Below are positions 1 through 11,441 of a DNA stretch of 64,000 bases, piece by piece; the first letter of the stretch is position 1, and every line of letters starts with the position of its first letter. The DNA is taken from assembly GCA_964016885.1 (NCBI GenBank), contig OZ024759.1:24490001-24554000 (forward strand), in the 5' to 3' direction. The position numbers and the translations under genes were made by a program. Source of the DNA: Eledone cirrhosa (lineage: Eukaryota). Below the pieces are notes generated by a model that ran no database searches, was not told the origin of the DNA, and saw only the letters and a list, made by a program, of their open reading frames with translations.

Positions 1-49
1 GTCCTGACAAAAGGGCAGCCTTTGGTCCTCGGAGAGGGGTGGCGTGGTA

Positions 50-592
50 GCGGGGAACTTTAGAGCATTCTGGATGGAGGACCTAGTAGGGAGGACTTTA
101 GAACATTCTGGCTGGGGGACCTAGTAGGGGGTAACTCTAGAGTATTCTGGGTGGGAGACATAGTAAGGGGAGCTTTAGAGCATTCTGGCTGAGGATCTAG
201 AAGGGGTAACTTCAGATCATTCTGGGTGGGAGACATAGTATGGGGAACTTTAGAGCATTCTGGCTGGGGGACCTAGTAGGAGGTAACTTTAGAGTATTCT
301 GGGTGGGAGACATAGTAGGAAGCGGGGGAACTCTAGAGCAAACTAGCTGGAGGATCTAGTAGGGGGAACCTAAGTGCATTCTGGGTGGGGGACTTAGTAG
401 TAGGGGAGACTTTATAGCATTCTGGCTGGGGGACCTAGTAGGAAGCGGGGGAACTCTAGAGCAAACTAGCTGGAGGACCTAGTAGGGGGAACCTAAGTGC
501 ATTCTGGGTGGGGGACTTAGTAGTAGGGGAGACTTTATAGCATTCTGGCTGGGGGACCTAGTAAGGGGGTAGATTTAGAGCATCCTGGGTGG
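50..592. repeat. G-rich ~38-45 bp minisatellite, ~14 units
   Basis: Repeated unit GGGGAACTTTAGAGCATTCTGG(C/G)TGGGGGACCTAGTA with alternating variants and a duplicated ~122-bp trimer. Confidence 0.9.
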
Positions 593-678
593 GCAATCAA
601 GGTACACCGTTAAAAAAGTAGATAGAGGGCGGGCAGTGCCATCCGGTGCCCTCTTACCCCTTCACCAACGATGTTTCT

Positions 679-870
679 CGTGCCAAGCTATATCAACCTT
701 TACCTTTTTTGTTTTGTGGACAACTTTCGTGGCATGGAGAGGGTAAACTTGCATGCATGGGTGACTTCTGGTCTTCCATGACTAGAAAAAAATAAACTGG
801 TCAGGCATGCGCCTTGGAGAGGAACTTTAGGGGTCCAGAATCATGGTCAGGCATAATCGAAGGGAGCTTT
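679..870 (+). mobile_element. Degenerate 3' part of tRNA-derived CORE-like SINE (family B)
   Basis: Aligns by eye to the reverse complement of 27405-27580 (GTGCCAAGCT...ATGGGYGACT.CTGGTCTTCCA...CATGGTCA). Confidence 0.65.
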
Positions 871-1796
871 AAAATAGGTATAGGTGTATGCATGTATGTA
901 TGTGTGTATGTATGATTGTGTGTGTGTATGTCTGTATGTGTATGTATATGTGTGTGTGTATGTGTGTGCGTTTTATATATATGTATCAGAAAAACATTGA
1001 GTTATCTAAAATATATATTCATAGAAATATCCTTCTACATTCACAGGGTGGGTGGTTAGGGTGTTTGGGTCACAAGGGTAAAGTTGAATTCCAGTACAAC
1101 TCGTTTTATGTTCCAGCTGAATTGGTTGGAACAGCGTAAAATAAAGTGACTTGCTTAAGGCTACAACGTGCTGCGGTACATCGCGCAAGTGACCTCACGA
1201 TCATGCGCTTTCACTATAAGCGCTAACACAGACATGCACACACACACATACACACATAACCACTCACACTCACACTCACACGCACGCACACATACACACA
1301 TATACACATACACATTCGCATGCAAATACGCACACATGCATGCACACATACACACATACATACACACTCACAAATACACATGCACGCATGCACACATAGA
1401 CACTCACTCATACACACGCGCACACACATACACACGCACACATACACACTCGCACGCGCACATACACGGTTGCACACACACACACGCGCACGCATGCACA
1501 CATACACACTCACATTCACGTACGCACACATACACACTCACGCACGCATGCACATACTCACTCAGACATACACACATACACATACACGTTTATATTCACA
1601 CGCAGGCTGGCGAAGTGTCAGCCAAAGCATATAAAATCCTATTGCTCATTGTTGCTCCGCCCCTTGTTTACGGAGTTACCGTCAGAGGGCGTTGTCAGCA
1701 ACCAACGGGAGAAGTTTGTTGACGTTTGGCAGTGGAAAGTTTCAATGAAGCAAAAGCAGACCGCGGTCACTGTGTATGTGTGTCAGTGTGTGTGTA

Positions 1797-1829
<33 letters not shown>

Positions 1830-2069
1830 GTGTGTGTGTATGTATAAATATCTGTATGTGTGTATCTATATATATATATATGTGTATCTATATACATACA
1901 TATATATGTGTGTATGTGTATATGTGTATATATGAATGTGAGGGGTTATTATACACAAACACACACACACACATATATACATATATATATATTATATAAT
2001 ATTATATTATATATTATATATATTATGGAATACTGTTGGCTTTTTGCTACAATATTTTCTATACCTTTC

Positions 2070-2117
<48 letters not shown>

Positions 2118-2206
2118 CCTTTGCGATATGCGTGTGTGAATATATGTGTTTACACATACGATTATATAATTATACATATAACATACATATATATATAGAT
2201 AGATAG

Positions 2207-2335
2207 TTGACGTATGTTGATGCCCTAGGGACAGACACTGGTCTGTTGGAGGCACAGGACATGGCAACGATAATGAGGGGCAGAGACCACTGGAGAGAAC
2301 TCGTCCATGGATCTCGGGAATTTTTCCCACCCTAG
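2207..2335 (+). mobile_element. RTE-like LINE 3' end remnant
   Basis: Translates LTYVDALGTDTGLLEAQDMATIMRGRDHWRELVHGSREFFPP*; shares GAGAACTCGTCCATGGATCTCGGGAATTTT with ~54514-54543. Confidence 0.75.
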
Positions 2336-2689
2336 AGAGAGAGATATATATATATATATATATGTAAATATTTATAAGTCGTTTGGAAGCCTCGACAATG
2401 CAAATGGGTAAATCTCCGGGTAACAAGGTCCGGTGGTGCAGAGAGAGATATGTAAGTGGGTGTACGTTGAGATGCGTGGTGTGTATAAGATGTGTGAGAT
2501 GTGTAGAATGAAGGGAAGAGTAAAAGAATAAAAATAATAATAACAACACAAGAGAGAGAGTTACCTTGGGAGAGATTTAATAGTCCCTATATATTTCGGA
2601 TTCACATCCATCAACTGGGGTTTTTTCCGGGGTGGGGGAAAAAGTTGTCTCTCGGACAACTCGGAACGCGTCTTTCGCTGTCTGTTGAT

Positions 2690-2724
<35 letters not shown>

Positions 2725-3027
2725 TTTTAAAACTGCGAGTTTTATATACATTATTGGCAAAAATATGTATGATCCATTGTCCAATCTTGTACGTGTATCT
2801 TATATCTAATCATCACCTGGTCCTTATTCTTGACAATTTCAGATAAATGGGGATCCGTATGTTTGCCAATAATATCTATGAAACTGGTGGTTTTGTTTAT
2901 TCTAATATCACTTATTAAAAATATATATTTCCTCTATGTTTGTATATCGATGGCTTATTATTTCGTAATACCGGATCAATGGCTTATTCTTTCGTAAAAT
3001 GGCCTCAGCCGGATGTGTATATATATT

Positions 3028-3059
<32 letters not shown>

Positions 3060-3263
3060 ATATAAATATATAAATATTTATATATGTTTTGTATGTGTGT
3101 GTGAGTGTGTGTGCTTGCTTACAAGTACATATACTCGTGTGTACCTGTAGGTGTTAACGGGCATGTGTGTCTGTTTAAATGTGTCAGTAGTAAGTATTAT
3201 ATGGCTTTATCTCGACATACTTGATAACAACTCTCACACAGTTGCAGCAGAGACAGCAGCACT

Positions 3264-3301
<38 letters not shown>

Positions 3302-3302
3302 C

Positions 3303-3334
<32 letters not shown>

Positions 3335-3959
3335 AATTACTATTAATGTGAGAGAGATAAGGATAGGTAGTGTTGTGACTTAAACTCCGTAAAAACCATG
3401 TTGTTCTATCACCTCCTCTCCCAATACCTTCTTCTACATCGTCACCCCCTCAATCTATCTATCTCTCTCTCCCCACTCTCTCCTCGTTCTCTCCCCTTTA
3501 ACAGTGTATATATACATATTTCTCTACTTATCAAGCTGGGGCGTCACTATCGGCAGTCTTTGATTAGGACCTGGATGGCAGGCTGATTAGCTGGACAACT
3601 TTAAGTTAGTTTTATTACTGAATATAACTATAAATGAACTCTACACCCCATTTATAAATAGTATGAATTCAAGTGAGAAATGTTCTCTCTCTTTCTCTCT
3701 CTCTCTCCACCCTCCTCTCCACCCTTCTCTCCTCTCTATGAGAGAGAAAGAGAGTGTGTGCGTGAGAGAGAGTGAGAGAGAGAGAGAAATCTGTATGTAA
3801 CACTCACTATTCAAGGGCCTCGTGGTCCCAGCCCTTACAACGCTGAGGGCCTCTAAAAGTCCTAAGCCGGTCTTGGGTCAGTGATATGTTCTGAAGCAAA
3901 ACGCTAATTTTCATGATATTTCACTTTAATTTTCATGATATGACTGGGATCCCTATCAT

Positions 3960-4080
3960 TAAAGAACCTGATAAACCTCCAATGGATGTTAAAAAAGATA
4001 CTCAATACGTTAGTAGAGTATAGGCATGTTTATTATATTATAAAAATCACTTCTATAGCACGAGAACTCTTTCATTCGTG
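3960..4080 (-). mobile_element. Degenerate HHR-element fragment (P3-like: HHR 3' half plus tail)
   Basis: Minus strand reads CGAATGAAAGAGTTCTCGTGCTATAGAAG...ACTCTACTAACGTATTGAGT; related copy at ~27285-27370. Confidence 0.55.
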
Positions 4081-4351
4081 TGTATGTATGTATGTATGTA
4101 TGTATGTATGTATGTATGTATGTATGTATGTCATGTCGCTCTTCAGCGCTACTGGTAACATGTTATCCAGTGAAACCTTTGCTTGGTCGGGTCGTCGGTG
4201 ACTAAAACCGGCAACCCCATCAAGATTGCTTGGTGAGGAGGGGTGATATTTGGACACCCTGCGGGATGAAAAACAGAGCCCACCAGAGAGGGGAGGAACT
4301 CAGGAGAGTTAACGGCCATGCAGCAATAGACTCCTAGTCTTCATTTTTGAA

Positions 4352-4478
4352 ATTATATTTTACGTTATATTTTGACGTTTATAGGCATTTTTATGGAACA
4401 CGTCCAATATTTGCGGTTTTTCACTCTTAGCGTTTGATCCAGGATCGTAACTCCCGCGAATACCGGGGAATAACTTTA
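4352..4478 (+). mobile_element. pogo/Tigger-like DNA transposon end fragment
   Basis: CGTAACTCCCGCGAATACCGGGG terminus ending at TA; second copy at 53843-53965. Confidence 0.55.
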
Positions 4479-5429
4479 TATATATATATATTTATATACA
4501 CGACAGAACCAGAGCTCAGTAATCATCAGACTCTAATGTCATATTACGCGTGTATAAATACATCATTTAAGTTTACATTTAAACAGATCTTAACGGTTAT
4601 ATTTTATATACACACGCAGGCATGCTCGTACACATAGGCACACACACACACATATACATATATATATATAAGTATATGTGAGTGAGTGTGTGTGTGTGTG
4701 TGTGTGCGAGTTTGCATATATATATATATATATTTATATATATATTGGTAAACGGAATATATATATATATATGTGTGTCTGATAAAATATCTTCAGTGCC
4801 AGTTATTAAATGTTTGCACTAATAAACTATTTACACCCATGTATATAACAGATTCCTTCATCACCCTTCTATCTCCCCCTTTCTCTATCCCCCTCTCTCT
4901 CTCTACCCCCCCCCCCCCAATCTCTCTCTAATATAATTAACTTAAGAACTAAGTAAATTTAAACGCTATCTTCTTCAATCAACCTTATCTTATCAATTAT
5001 TCAATTAAATAAATTATTAATTAATTAATTAAATAATTAATTTCCTCCTAGACATTCTGCAACCCTTTCTTTCTCCCGTGTTGCACTTTTCCTTCCTCTT
5101 TCTGCTTATTTTTCTTTCTTAAATGCACACACATATGCACATACTCATGTATATCATACACACATACATGCATATATATATATATATATACGCACACACA
5201 CACATATATAACTAAATATATATTTTTATATTTGTGTGTATGTATGTATGTATGTATATATATATATATGTGCGTGTATATATATATATAGTAATAATAA
5301 ATACAAAGACCAAAATCCGAAGAGGGTTTGATAAGGATTGTATATATATACGTGAAAGCAGAAATTCTTTGCTTAAACTTTAATCTGTAGTACTACTAAT
5401 AATTATATATATATGTATACATACACAAG

Positions 5430-5478
<49 letters not shown>

Positions 5479-5486
<8 letters not shown>

Positions 5487-5883
5487 AGATCAAAAGATGG
5501 TTAAAAGAGTTCCAAGTATTTTATTATGCGCATTTCAAAAACAAATATCATCATGGGATGATATCTGCGTTCTCATCAGATAAAATAGGGAGACATGATA
5601 TGAAGCTTAAAAAACGCTTGTGAGCAGTGAACATGTTGATTTAAAACTTCACTGCTCACAAGTGTTTTTTAAGCTTCATATCATGTCTCCCTATTTTATC
5701 TGATGAGAACGCAGATATCATCCCATGATGATATTTGTTTTGGAAATGCGCATAATAAAATACTTGGAACTCTTTTAACCATCTTTTGATCTTATATTAT
5801 TTATACTCCAGTCCTACAAACTGTAGAGTGCTACTTATCCGATATTGCATTGCTTTATTGTGCTACAATAAAACTCACCTCCT

Positions 5884-5885
<2 letters not shown>
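5479..5885 (+). mobile_element. Fold-back HHR element, family P2 (PLE pLTR/retrozyme-like)
   Basis: ~150-bp inverted arms 5479-5631 / 5648-5800 plus an ~85-nt unpaired tail; flanked by TA/CA microsatellite. Confidence 0.85.
5692..5762 (+). ncRNA. Type I hammerhead ribozyme (inverted twin 5517-5587, minus)
   Basis: Stem I UAUUUUAU/AUAAAAUA, core CUGAUGA (5700-5706), ~16-bp stem II, GAAA, palindromic stem III AUGCGCAU, predicted cleavage after AUA (5754). Confidence 0.85.
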
Positions 5886-5914
<29 letters not shown>

Positions 5915-5916
<2 letters not shown>

Positions 5917-5994
5917 GGGTATCCCAAAAAATTGTATGCACACTTTGATTAGAATGCTGTAGAATTGTGTATACATTTTGGGGGGAACACCCTG
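5915..5994. mobile_element. Tc1/mariner-like MITE
   Basis: Imperfect TIRs TAGGGTATCCCAAAAAATTGTATGCAC / GTGTATACATTTTGGGGGGAACACCCTG, flanked by TA. Confidence 0.75.
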
Positions 5995-6086
5995 TATATA
6001 TCCATTCCATGAATATATATGAAGATCTCAGTGATTTAGGAAACATTGGTTAAACTTGAAATGTAGTTGTCACAACGAAAATTATT

Positions 6087-6206
6087 ATAACTGTTTCTAC
6101 TATTGGCATAAGGCCAGAAATTACCCAGTACATTACTGGTACTTTATTTTATCGACCCCGTAAGGATGAAAGCAAAGTTAACCTCGGCGGGATTTTGAAC
6201 TCAGAA
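6087..6206 (-). mobile_element. tRNA-derived SINE family A, 5'-truncated
   Basis: Reverse complement of B-box GAGTTCAAA plus body CCGAGGTTAACTTTGC-TTTCATCCTTACGGGGTCGATAAAATAAAGTACCAG. Confidence 0.85.
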
Positions 6207-6494
6207 TTGCAAGAAATTATTATAACGATAGTGGATCGCTATAAATAATGGTTCAGAAAATCGGGAGAGGTACCACTGGAGACAGAAATATTGGACAAGG
6301 ACATCTGTAAGGCACCAGTGTCAGGTTTCTTCTGTCAACAGGGGTACTTTACCCAGTTTTCTAAACTATTATTCATAGTGATCGACTCTTGTTACAATAA
6401 AATTACATTGGCACGACTACACATCAGATTTTCCCTATGTTTCTTAAGCCAAACGGATGTATATATAAACATGTATATATATATATATATGTAT

Positions 6495-6655
6495 AACGAA
6501 GGAAATGTGGTAAGGAACCAGGTGGACCATAACGCACCAGAGTACTCAATACTTAGGGTAGTAGAGTGGGTAATAGGAAAATGTTCAAGATCCCGACGGC
6601 AGAGCTGAAGCCGTTTCGACGGCTTGAGCTCTGCCGTCGAGGTCTTGAACATTTT

Positions 6656-6660
<5 letters not shown>
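6495..6660 (-). mobile_element. Fold-back HHR element family P1
   Basis: Tail AACGAAGGAAATGTGGTAAGGAACC... plus palindrome 6573-6660 centred on TTCG; HHR 3' half only; fragments also at 7226-7295 and 9192-9282. Confidence 0.85.
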
Positions 6661-6715
<55 letters not shown>

Positions 6716-6937
6716 AGTGGGGTGGTAGTGGTCTGACCGCAAGCTCGGGTGGTTTTAGCATGTAATCTCACCTCAAGATTCTTCAACGTACTCTGAAGAA
6801 GCTTGGATAGGTTCCAAACTAAAACCACCACAGCTTTCTGTCGGTCTTCTACCTCATTAATATACTTTCTTTGTATCACATTATGTAACGTGTACTATTC
6901 TGATTAGTGTCTTCCCTGTATTAGTACTACAGTCACT

Positions 6938-6972
<35 letters not shown>

Positions 6973-7191
6973 CGTGTAGGTATCCATATTTACATGACAT
7001 ATATAGATATATACATATATACATTATATATATATATATATGTATATATACATTATATATATATATATATATGTATATATATTGAAAATATGAATTTATA
7101 TACATATAAATATATATATGTGTATATATATATATATAGTTCAAAATGACAAACAAACGCAGAAGTCAATGGTTCATAGTGTTATTAGCTT

Positions 7192-7227
<36 letters not shown>

Positions 7228-7410
7228 ACGAAGGAAAAGTGGTAAGGAACCAGGTGGACCATAACGCACCAAAGTACTCAATACTTAGGGTTCCTATATA
7301 TATATATATATATATTTGCGTGTAGGTATCCATATTTACATGACATATATAGATATATACATATATATGTATATATATTGAAAATATGAATTTATATACA
7401 TATATATAGA

Positions 7411-7483
<73 letters not shown>

Positions 7484-7487
7484 TTAA

Positions 7488-7648
7488 AAGTTAAACAAGG
7501 TTCAATGAATACATCAAAGAATGAGTTTTACAATAGATTGGAAGCACTCAACAGTAAAGGTTTTCCAGAGTTATTAATATTAATTCAAAATATTAACAAT
7601 CTTGATCACAAGAATATCTATTTTGTTAATATTTTGAATTAATATTAT
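7488..7648 (-). mobile_element. Family P8 tail plus short palindrome
   Basis: Matches the reverse complement of the 54840-54945 tail; inverted AATATTAATTCAAAATATTAACAA arms. Confidence 0.7.
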
Positions 7649-7687
7649 ATATATATAGAAAAACCACAGACCCTCCATCTCAACTCA

Positions 7688-7725
7688 CCTTTTGAAAAGC
7701 AGAAGAACTGCGAAACCGGTAAAGG
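7688..7725 (+). ncRNA. Minimal type I hammerhead ribozyme, U3-A8 variant (family P11, element ~7657-7800)
   Basis: CCUU-UUGAAAA-GCAG(aagaa)CUGC-GAAA-CCGG-UA-AAGG; stems I and II pair, stem III is the palindrome ACCGGU, cleavage triplet GUA. Confidence 0.8.
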
Positions 7726-7794
7726 AACCAAATAAATATATATATTTTTAAAAAAAATAAGACTTCAGTTGCATTTTCGATTTCATCTCTTTTT

Positions 7795-7866
<72 letters not shown>

Positions 7867-8245
7867 TGTGTGTGTGTGAGAGAAAGAGACGTATATACTA
7901 CGTTCGTGCGTCTATGAGTGCATCTTAGCCTTATTTCTTTTTCTTGTCCCCCACTAACTATTTGTTTGTTTTTTTCTTCTTTTTTTTTTGTCTAAGTTTT
8001 GTTTTGACTTCCTTCTATATTTTCCTTTCAATAACTGTGTAATATATGGCTGTCATTGGAGTGTTGTGTTACATCATTTGAATGTGTCAAACTTTCAAAA
8101 GTTTATCAAAATTTGAAATTGAGAGATGACGTTTCATACTTAGAACTTAAAAAAAAAACTAACTGTCGTTTCTTAGGCATCAAGTCATCCATCAACATAT
8201 GACAGATAAATATAAATACTAGAATATGTATTTACATTCACTCAG

Positions 8246-8281
<36 letters not shown>

Positions 8282-8381
8282 CACACATTCATATATATAT
8301 ACATATATGTATAATTAATTAATTATATACACACATATATATATATATGTATATATAAATATATACATACATATATATACA

Positions 8382-8415
<34 letters not shown>

Positions 8416-8574
8416 ACGAACCAATTAACAGTTAACTTTTTCAACGTAAAATGATATCAGATATAATAATCAAAAATTCTAGACAGAAACAAAAAGAAAA
8501 ACGAAAAAAAAAATACAATTCAACCCACCCCCACCACCCTAGTATATATATATATATATATATATATATAATCG

Positions 8575-8655
8575 TCGACCCACTAAGGGAATCCGAACCC
8601 CGTATCTATCGCTTACAGGGCGACAGTTTAACCGATTACATAACTGAACGCCTCT
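8575..8655 (-). pseudogene. tRNA-derived (Asp-like) fragment or SINE head
   Basis: Minus strand TCGCCCTGTAAGCGATAGATACGGGGTTCGGATTCCC resembles anticodon and T arms; no complete acceptor stem. Confidence 0.4.
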
Positions 8656-8900
8656 TAGGCCCTCTCCTCCCATCTCTATCTGAAATTAACTACTTAAAGC
8701 TATTTCTTTTCTTTCGTTTTACCATATATTTCTTTATGTTGTTAAGTTTACTCTTTGAGTGTGGTAGCTTTTGTTGTTTTTTCCTTATTATTATCCCAAC
8801 AAGATAATTAGTCAGTTACACAGGATAGTAGGACATACACACATACACGCATATACAGATGTATATGTGTGTGAGTGTGTGTGTTTGTGTATACAGACAG

Positions 8901-8984
<84 letters not shown>

Positions 8985-9178
8985 GTTATTCCGGGTTGAA
9001 TCGGAGATAACCACAGTAAGTAAGGTACTCAATACATTGCAGAGTATAAAAGTTTTAATATAGATGAGATTCTACAGGACTAGAACTGTTTCATTCTTTA
9101 GAAATCATCAGGAATCCTGATGATTTCTAAAGAATGAAACAGTTCTAGTCCTGTAGAATCTCATCTATATTAAAACTA
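8985..9178 (-). mobile_element. Fold-back HHR element family P3
   Basis: ~60-bp arms around 9113-9115; each arm has CTGATGA TTTCTAAAGAAT GAAACAG...CTGTA; tail on the left. Confidence 0.8.
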
Positions 9179-9280
9179 TATATATATATATAACGAAGGA
9201 GTTGAGGTAAGGAACCAGATGAACCATATAAATAGCCGTCGAACCGGCTTGAGCTCTTCCGTCGGGGTCATACTTTTTCC

Positions 9281-9314
<34 letters not shown>

Positions 9315-9349
9315 TGTTTGTATATATATATACATACATACACATATAT

Positions 9350-9404
<55 letters not shown>

Positions 9405-9442
9405 TGCATATATATATACATATATGCATATATATATATATT

Positions 9443-9540
<98 letters not shown>

Positions 9541-9574
9541 AGTGTGTGTGTGTACATATATGTGTATATCTTTT

Positions 9575-9662
9575 TTAAAAGTTGAAACAGTAAACAGAAA
9601 ACAAAAAAACGTGGAGGCGAAGAGGCAGTACAAATGTTATTAGTTTCACGCTTGAGAGTGGG
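9575..9662 (-). mobile_element. 3' tail fragments of a P5-like element (also 11840-11910, 50025-50102, ~7140-7195)
   Basis: Shared GAGGCAGTAC...TTATTAGTTTCACGCT motif, similar to the reverse complement of the tail at 24600-24685. Confidence 0.55.
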
Positions 9663-9757
9663 ATATATGTGTGTGTGTATATATATATATATATATACAC
9701 ACACACAAACGAAGTTGATGTTGATTGTGGCGTGATTTGTACTCATGGCTCACTGTC

Positions 9758-9801
<44 letters not shown>

Positions 9802-9811
9802 AACCAGTAAG

Positions 9812-9908
9812 ACCCCAACGGCTGAGCTCAAGCCGCCGTTTCGACGGCTAATTCTGGACTAAATTAAAATTTATCCTGGTATTTAAATAGCCGAGCTTCT
9901 CAAGGGGT
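9812..9908 (-). ncRNA. Complete type I hammerhead ribozyme of family P1, U3-A8 variant
   Basis: Minus strand: ACCCC-UUGAGAA-GcuCGGCUA...UAGCCGuC-GAAACGGC(ggc)UUGAGCUCAGCC-GUU-GGGGU; other copies have GUC. Confidence 0.7.
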
Positions 9909-10017
9909 AATTCCATATATGGTCAAAGTGATTGTCACAATGATTGGTCACAAGTTAGTAGTAATTCTGTGATGGCAAATTAGTGGGAGAAGGGGTAGCT
10001 AAACCTGCCAGTAGGAG

Positions 10018-10057
<40 letters not shown>

Positions 10058-10062
<5 letters not shown>

Positions 10063-10212
10063 AAAGTTTGTCCTTCATCAATGATCTTCCAACCATCATA
10101 GGCATTTCACTTTAAAGCGATGAAATGCCTATGATGGTTGGAAGATCACTGATGAAGGACACACTTTTTTCATATCTAAACCATTTGCAACTCCGCAGCG
10201 CCCTTATTATCA
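10058..10212 (+). mobile_element. Fold-back element family P10 (HHR-like 3' half)
   Basis: ~52-bp arms around CTTTAAAGCGA; GAAATGCCTA follows the centre; short tail beginning ...ACTCCGC. Confidence 0.6.
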
Positions 10213-10516
10213 TATATATATATATATATATATACAGAGACAGTGAGCGCTGAGTACAAATCACGCCACAATCAACATCAACTTCGTTTCTAGGTCGATA
10301 AATAAAGTACCCGGCCGATATTGGAGTGGATTCTTCTTCTATATCTCTTTCTATCTCTATATTGCTCTGTGGGGTGGAAAGGGTTTCGTTCAGATCTGTA
10401 GAGGGATAGGTTCCACCAAGTTCAAACGCACGACACTAGTCGTATAGCCCAACGGCGCCCCTAGAGTTCCATCAAGAGTCGTAGGTCTATGTGTGCATGT
10501 ATATGTATGTATGTAG

Positions 10517-10552
<36 letters not shown>

Positions 10553-10683
10553 TCTTATTTCGCAGTATACAATATACGAACGTTATGATATATATATATA
10601 TATATACATATATACACACACACAAACGCAGATACATAAATACACAGACACACACACACACAAACACACACATGCATATATAA

Positions 10684-10730
<47 letters not shown>

Positions 10731-11441
10731 TATGTGTGTGTGTGTGTGTGTGTGTATGTGTGTGTGTGTGTACACTTATATGTATGTGTGTCTCTCTCTA
10801 AAACAATATAGCTGCAGGAGTCCGTAAGCTAAATTGTTTTACACACATATTAACCGATTTTACTTGGAATTTTAAAGGAAACATTTGGAGGGTATTATAC
10901 TGTCATGTATTGCAAACAGGCACACACACACACACACACATATATATACGCACACACACATTCACACACGCACACATACACACACACACACAATAGACAC
11001 ATAAAAACACACACACACACATACAAACACACACACATTCACACACACGCACACACACACACATACAAACACACACACATTCACACACAGACATTCACAC
11101 ACACATACACGCACACACACACACATACACACACACACACACATTCACACACAGACATTCACACACGCATACACACACACATATGGTGAATTGGCAGAGT
11201 CAGATAAAATGCTTTACGATGTTTGTTCTAAATCTCTACGTTTTGAGCTCGGGTCCTGCCGGAGTTGATTCGAGATTCGAGGCACGATTATATTTCTTCC
11301 TCTTTCTTTGTAAGAAACCATTTGTATTCAGAACTAGTGATGAGATGGTCTCTGACAGGTTTAAATGACCAAGATACACCGTATATCACTACGGCACTCA
11401 TACGTCTCTATCAGAAGTTAAGGGCCCATTGCATGGCATTT

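Larger units (their letters stand above)
9707..10289. repeat. 55-bp inverted repeats (9707-9761 / 10235-10289) enclosing a TA tract with nested elements
   Basis: AAACGAAGTTGATGTTGATTGTGGCGTGATTTGTACTCA...CTGTCTCTG and its reverse complement. Confidence 0.85.

Noticed and set aside
4130-4340. LINE 5' UTR with a possible HDV-like ribozyme
   Set aside because: A GC-richer island, but I could not build the nested double pseudoknot by eye.
5479-5800. Reading the large palindromes as DNA-transposon MITEs or miRNA precursors
   Set aside because: Asymmetric tails, variable fold points between copies and embedded HHR cores fit retro-derived inversions better.
10149-10175. CTGATGAAGGAC as an HHR core
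   Set aside because: There is no downstream stem II closure or GAAA.
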